Shown here: positions 63,121 to 64,000 of the stretch, one piece after another
How positions within the stretch are numbered: position 1 is the first letter of the stretch
Layout: each line of letters opens with the position of its first letter
The notes under the pieces: model-generated
What the model was told of the DNA's origin: nothing
What the model saw: only the letters and a program-made list of their open reading frames with translations
Databases searched by the model: none
Made by a program: the position numbers and the translations under genes
DNA from: an uncultured delta proteobacterium
GTDB lineage: Bacteria; Myxococcota; Myxococcia; Myxococcales; Anaeromyxobacteraceae
Direction: 5' to 3'
DNA: 64,000 bases
NCBI GenBank assembly: GCA_963828255.1
Contig: CAWHDZ010000018.1
Location: 64,001 to 128,000 of the forward strand

Positions 63121-63187
63121 CAACGTCACGTGTGGTGAACTACCCGTTCCGGACGCACTCCGGGTGGCAATGCGTCGACCGTCGCCC

Positions 63188-63673
63188 CTACTCCCCTGCC
63201 CCCAGCAGCTCGACTGCCACGGTCGCCGGACAGCCCATCCTGAGCGGACCGCAGGGGGTGTCGGCCAGGCGCAGCGACTCGTGGACCAGGTCACCCGTCC
63301 ACTCCCTCCGGGCCCCCAGGAGGAACGCGAACTCGTTCACGCTGCCCAAGACGACGCGGCTCCGGGTGGCCGCGAGTTGCACCTCCGCCATCGCCTCGAG
63401 TTCCCTCTCGATTGTGACGGGAACAACCCCCAGCCGGGCCAACATCTCCGAGAGCGCCTCCCGGAACCTGGGTACGAACGTCTTCCCCGGTTTCGCCGGG
63501 ACGAGCACGGGTAGCAGCGTGCGGTCGTTGACCGCCAGGATGACCTGCCCTCCGGACAGGTAGAGCAGGTTCGCGTGCCAGTCCCCGAGGCGCGCTGTGG
63601 GCGGGCGCTCCTTCTTGGAGGGCTCAACTCGAAGGCGGGCGAGGAGTTTACGGGTGCAGCGAAGGGTGACCAC
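63188..63673 (-). CDS. DUF6933-like protein
   Basis: VVTLRCTRKLLARL, LGDWHAN, VNDRTLLPV, T.SRVVLGSVNEF. Confidence 0.75.
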   Translation of the reverse strand: MVTLRCTRKLLARLRVEPSKKERPPTARLGDWHANLLYLSGGQVILAVNDRTLLPVLVPAKPGKTFVPRFREALSEMLARLGVVPVTIERELEAMAEVQLAATRSRVVLGSVNEFAFLLGARREWTGDLVHESLRLADTPCGPLRMGCPATVAVELLGAGE

Positions 63674-63833
63674 GGGCAGGGAGTGTAACCCGCGCACCCC
63701 TGTCCGGCGTCGTGCAGTAGCGACCACTCCCGCTTCCACTCCAGGAACGGGGCTCCAGAGGCCCCCCCTCGTTCGACGGCAGGCGACGCGTCCGAGGGCC
63801 GGGTGTCCTGGATGACATGCCCCTCGACGGTGA

Positions 63834-64000
63834 TCAGAGCCTCGCATTCACGTACTTCGCGAGGATCATCTTGGCTGCGGTCTGGTACCCGACTCCCAGC
63901 TCGCGGCCACGCCGTCGAAGGGCATCCTTCAACTCGTCGCTGAGCAGGATGGACGTCGGCCTCTGGGGACGGACGACGACGGCTGCTCCCGCCGACGCGA
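63834..64000 (-). CDS. CopG/BrnA-like antitoxin C-terminus (5' end outside the window)
   Basis: Hand translation: PTSILLSDELKDALRRRGRELGVGYQTAAKMILAKYV; RHH pattern with GYQT. Confidence 0.65.
   Translation of the reverse strand, partial: ASAGAAVVVRPQRPTSILLSDELKDALRRRGRELGVGYQTAAKMILAKYVNARL

Noticed and set aside
39900..63144. GGTAGTTCAC (39900) and its reverse complement GTGAACTACC (63135) as terminal inverted repeats
   Set aside because: Only 10 bp, not symmetric about the att cores, and no transposase; compatible with chance.

Overview
Very GC-rich bacterial DNA whose gene content points to Myxococcota (Anaeromyxobacter-like; inference). No rRNA, complete tRNA or CRISPR array is seen. 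Bases 1-~17,500 hold intact core-type genes: membrane glycosyltransferase, DD-carboxypeptidase, Dps, M13 peptidase, CocE/NonD hydrolase, acyl-CoA dehydrogenase, large NAD-glutamate dehydrogenase, PQQ sugar dehydrogenase and RIO kinase. From ~17,540 to the end the DNA is accessory and partly decayed. Three same-orientation copies of an att-like sequence (~17,600, ~39,880, ~62,970) divide it. On the minus strand this sequence reads as the 3' end of RNase P RNA (GAACCCGGCTTACAGGGCGGCTCC), and a dead tyrosine-integrase C-terminus lies beside the middle copy. My reading is a tandem array of genomic islands integrated at the 3' end of rnpB, with the intact gene predicted to the right of the window. 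Block A (~17.65-39.8 kb) carries pfk, a long co-oriented cluster (GH63, glucose dehydrogenase, AI-2E, phospholipase-C-like protein, outer-membrane proteins, SulP, DUF2252) and a two-component system. Block B (~39.9-62.95 kb) carries sigma54-driven small secreted proteins, two PAP2 phosphatases, ClC, a GH15/otsA/otsB/MarR trehalose locus, a CPBP-SdpR-SdpI cassette and many gene fragments. All family calls come from motif recognition by eye; no database search was run.
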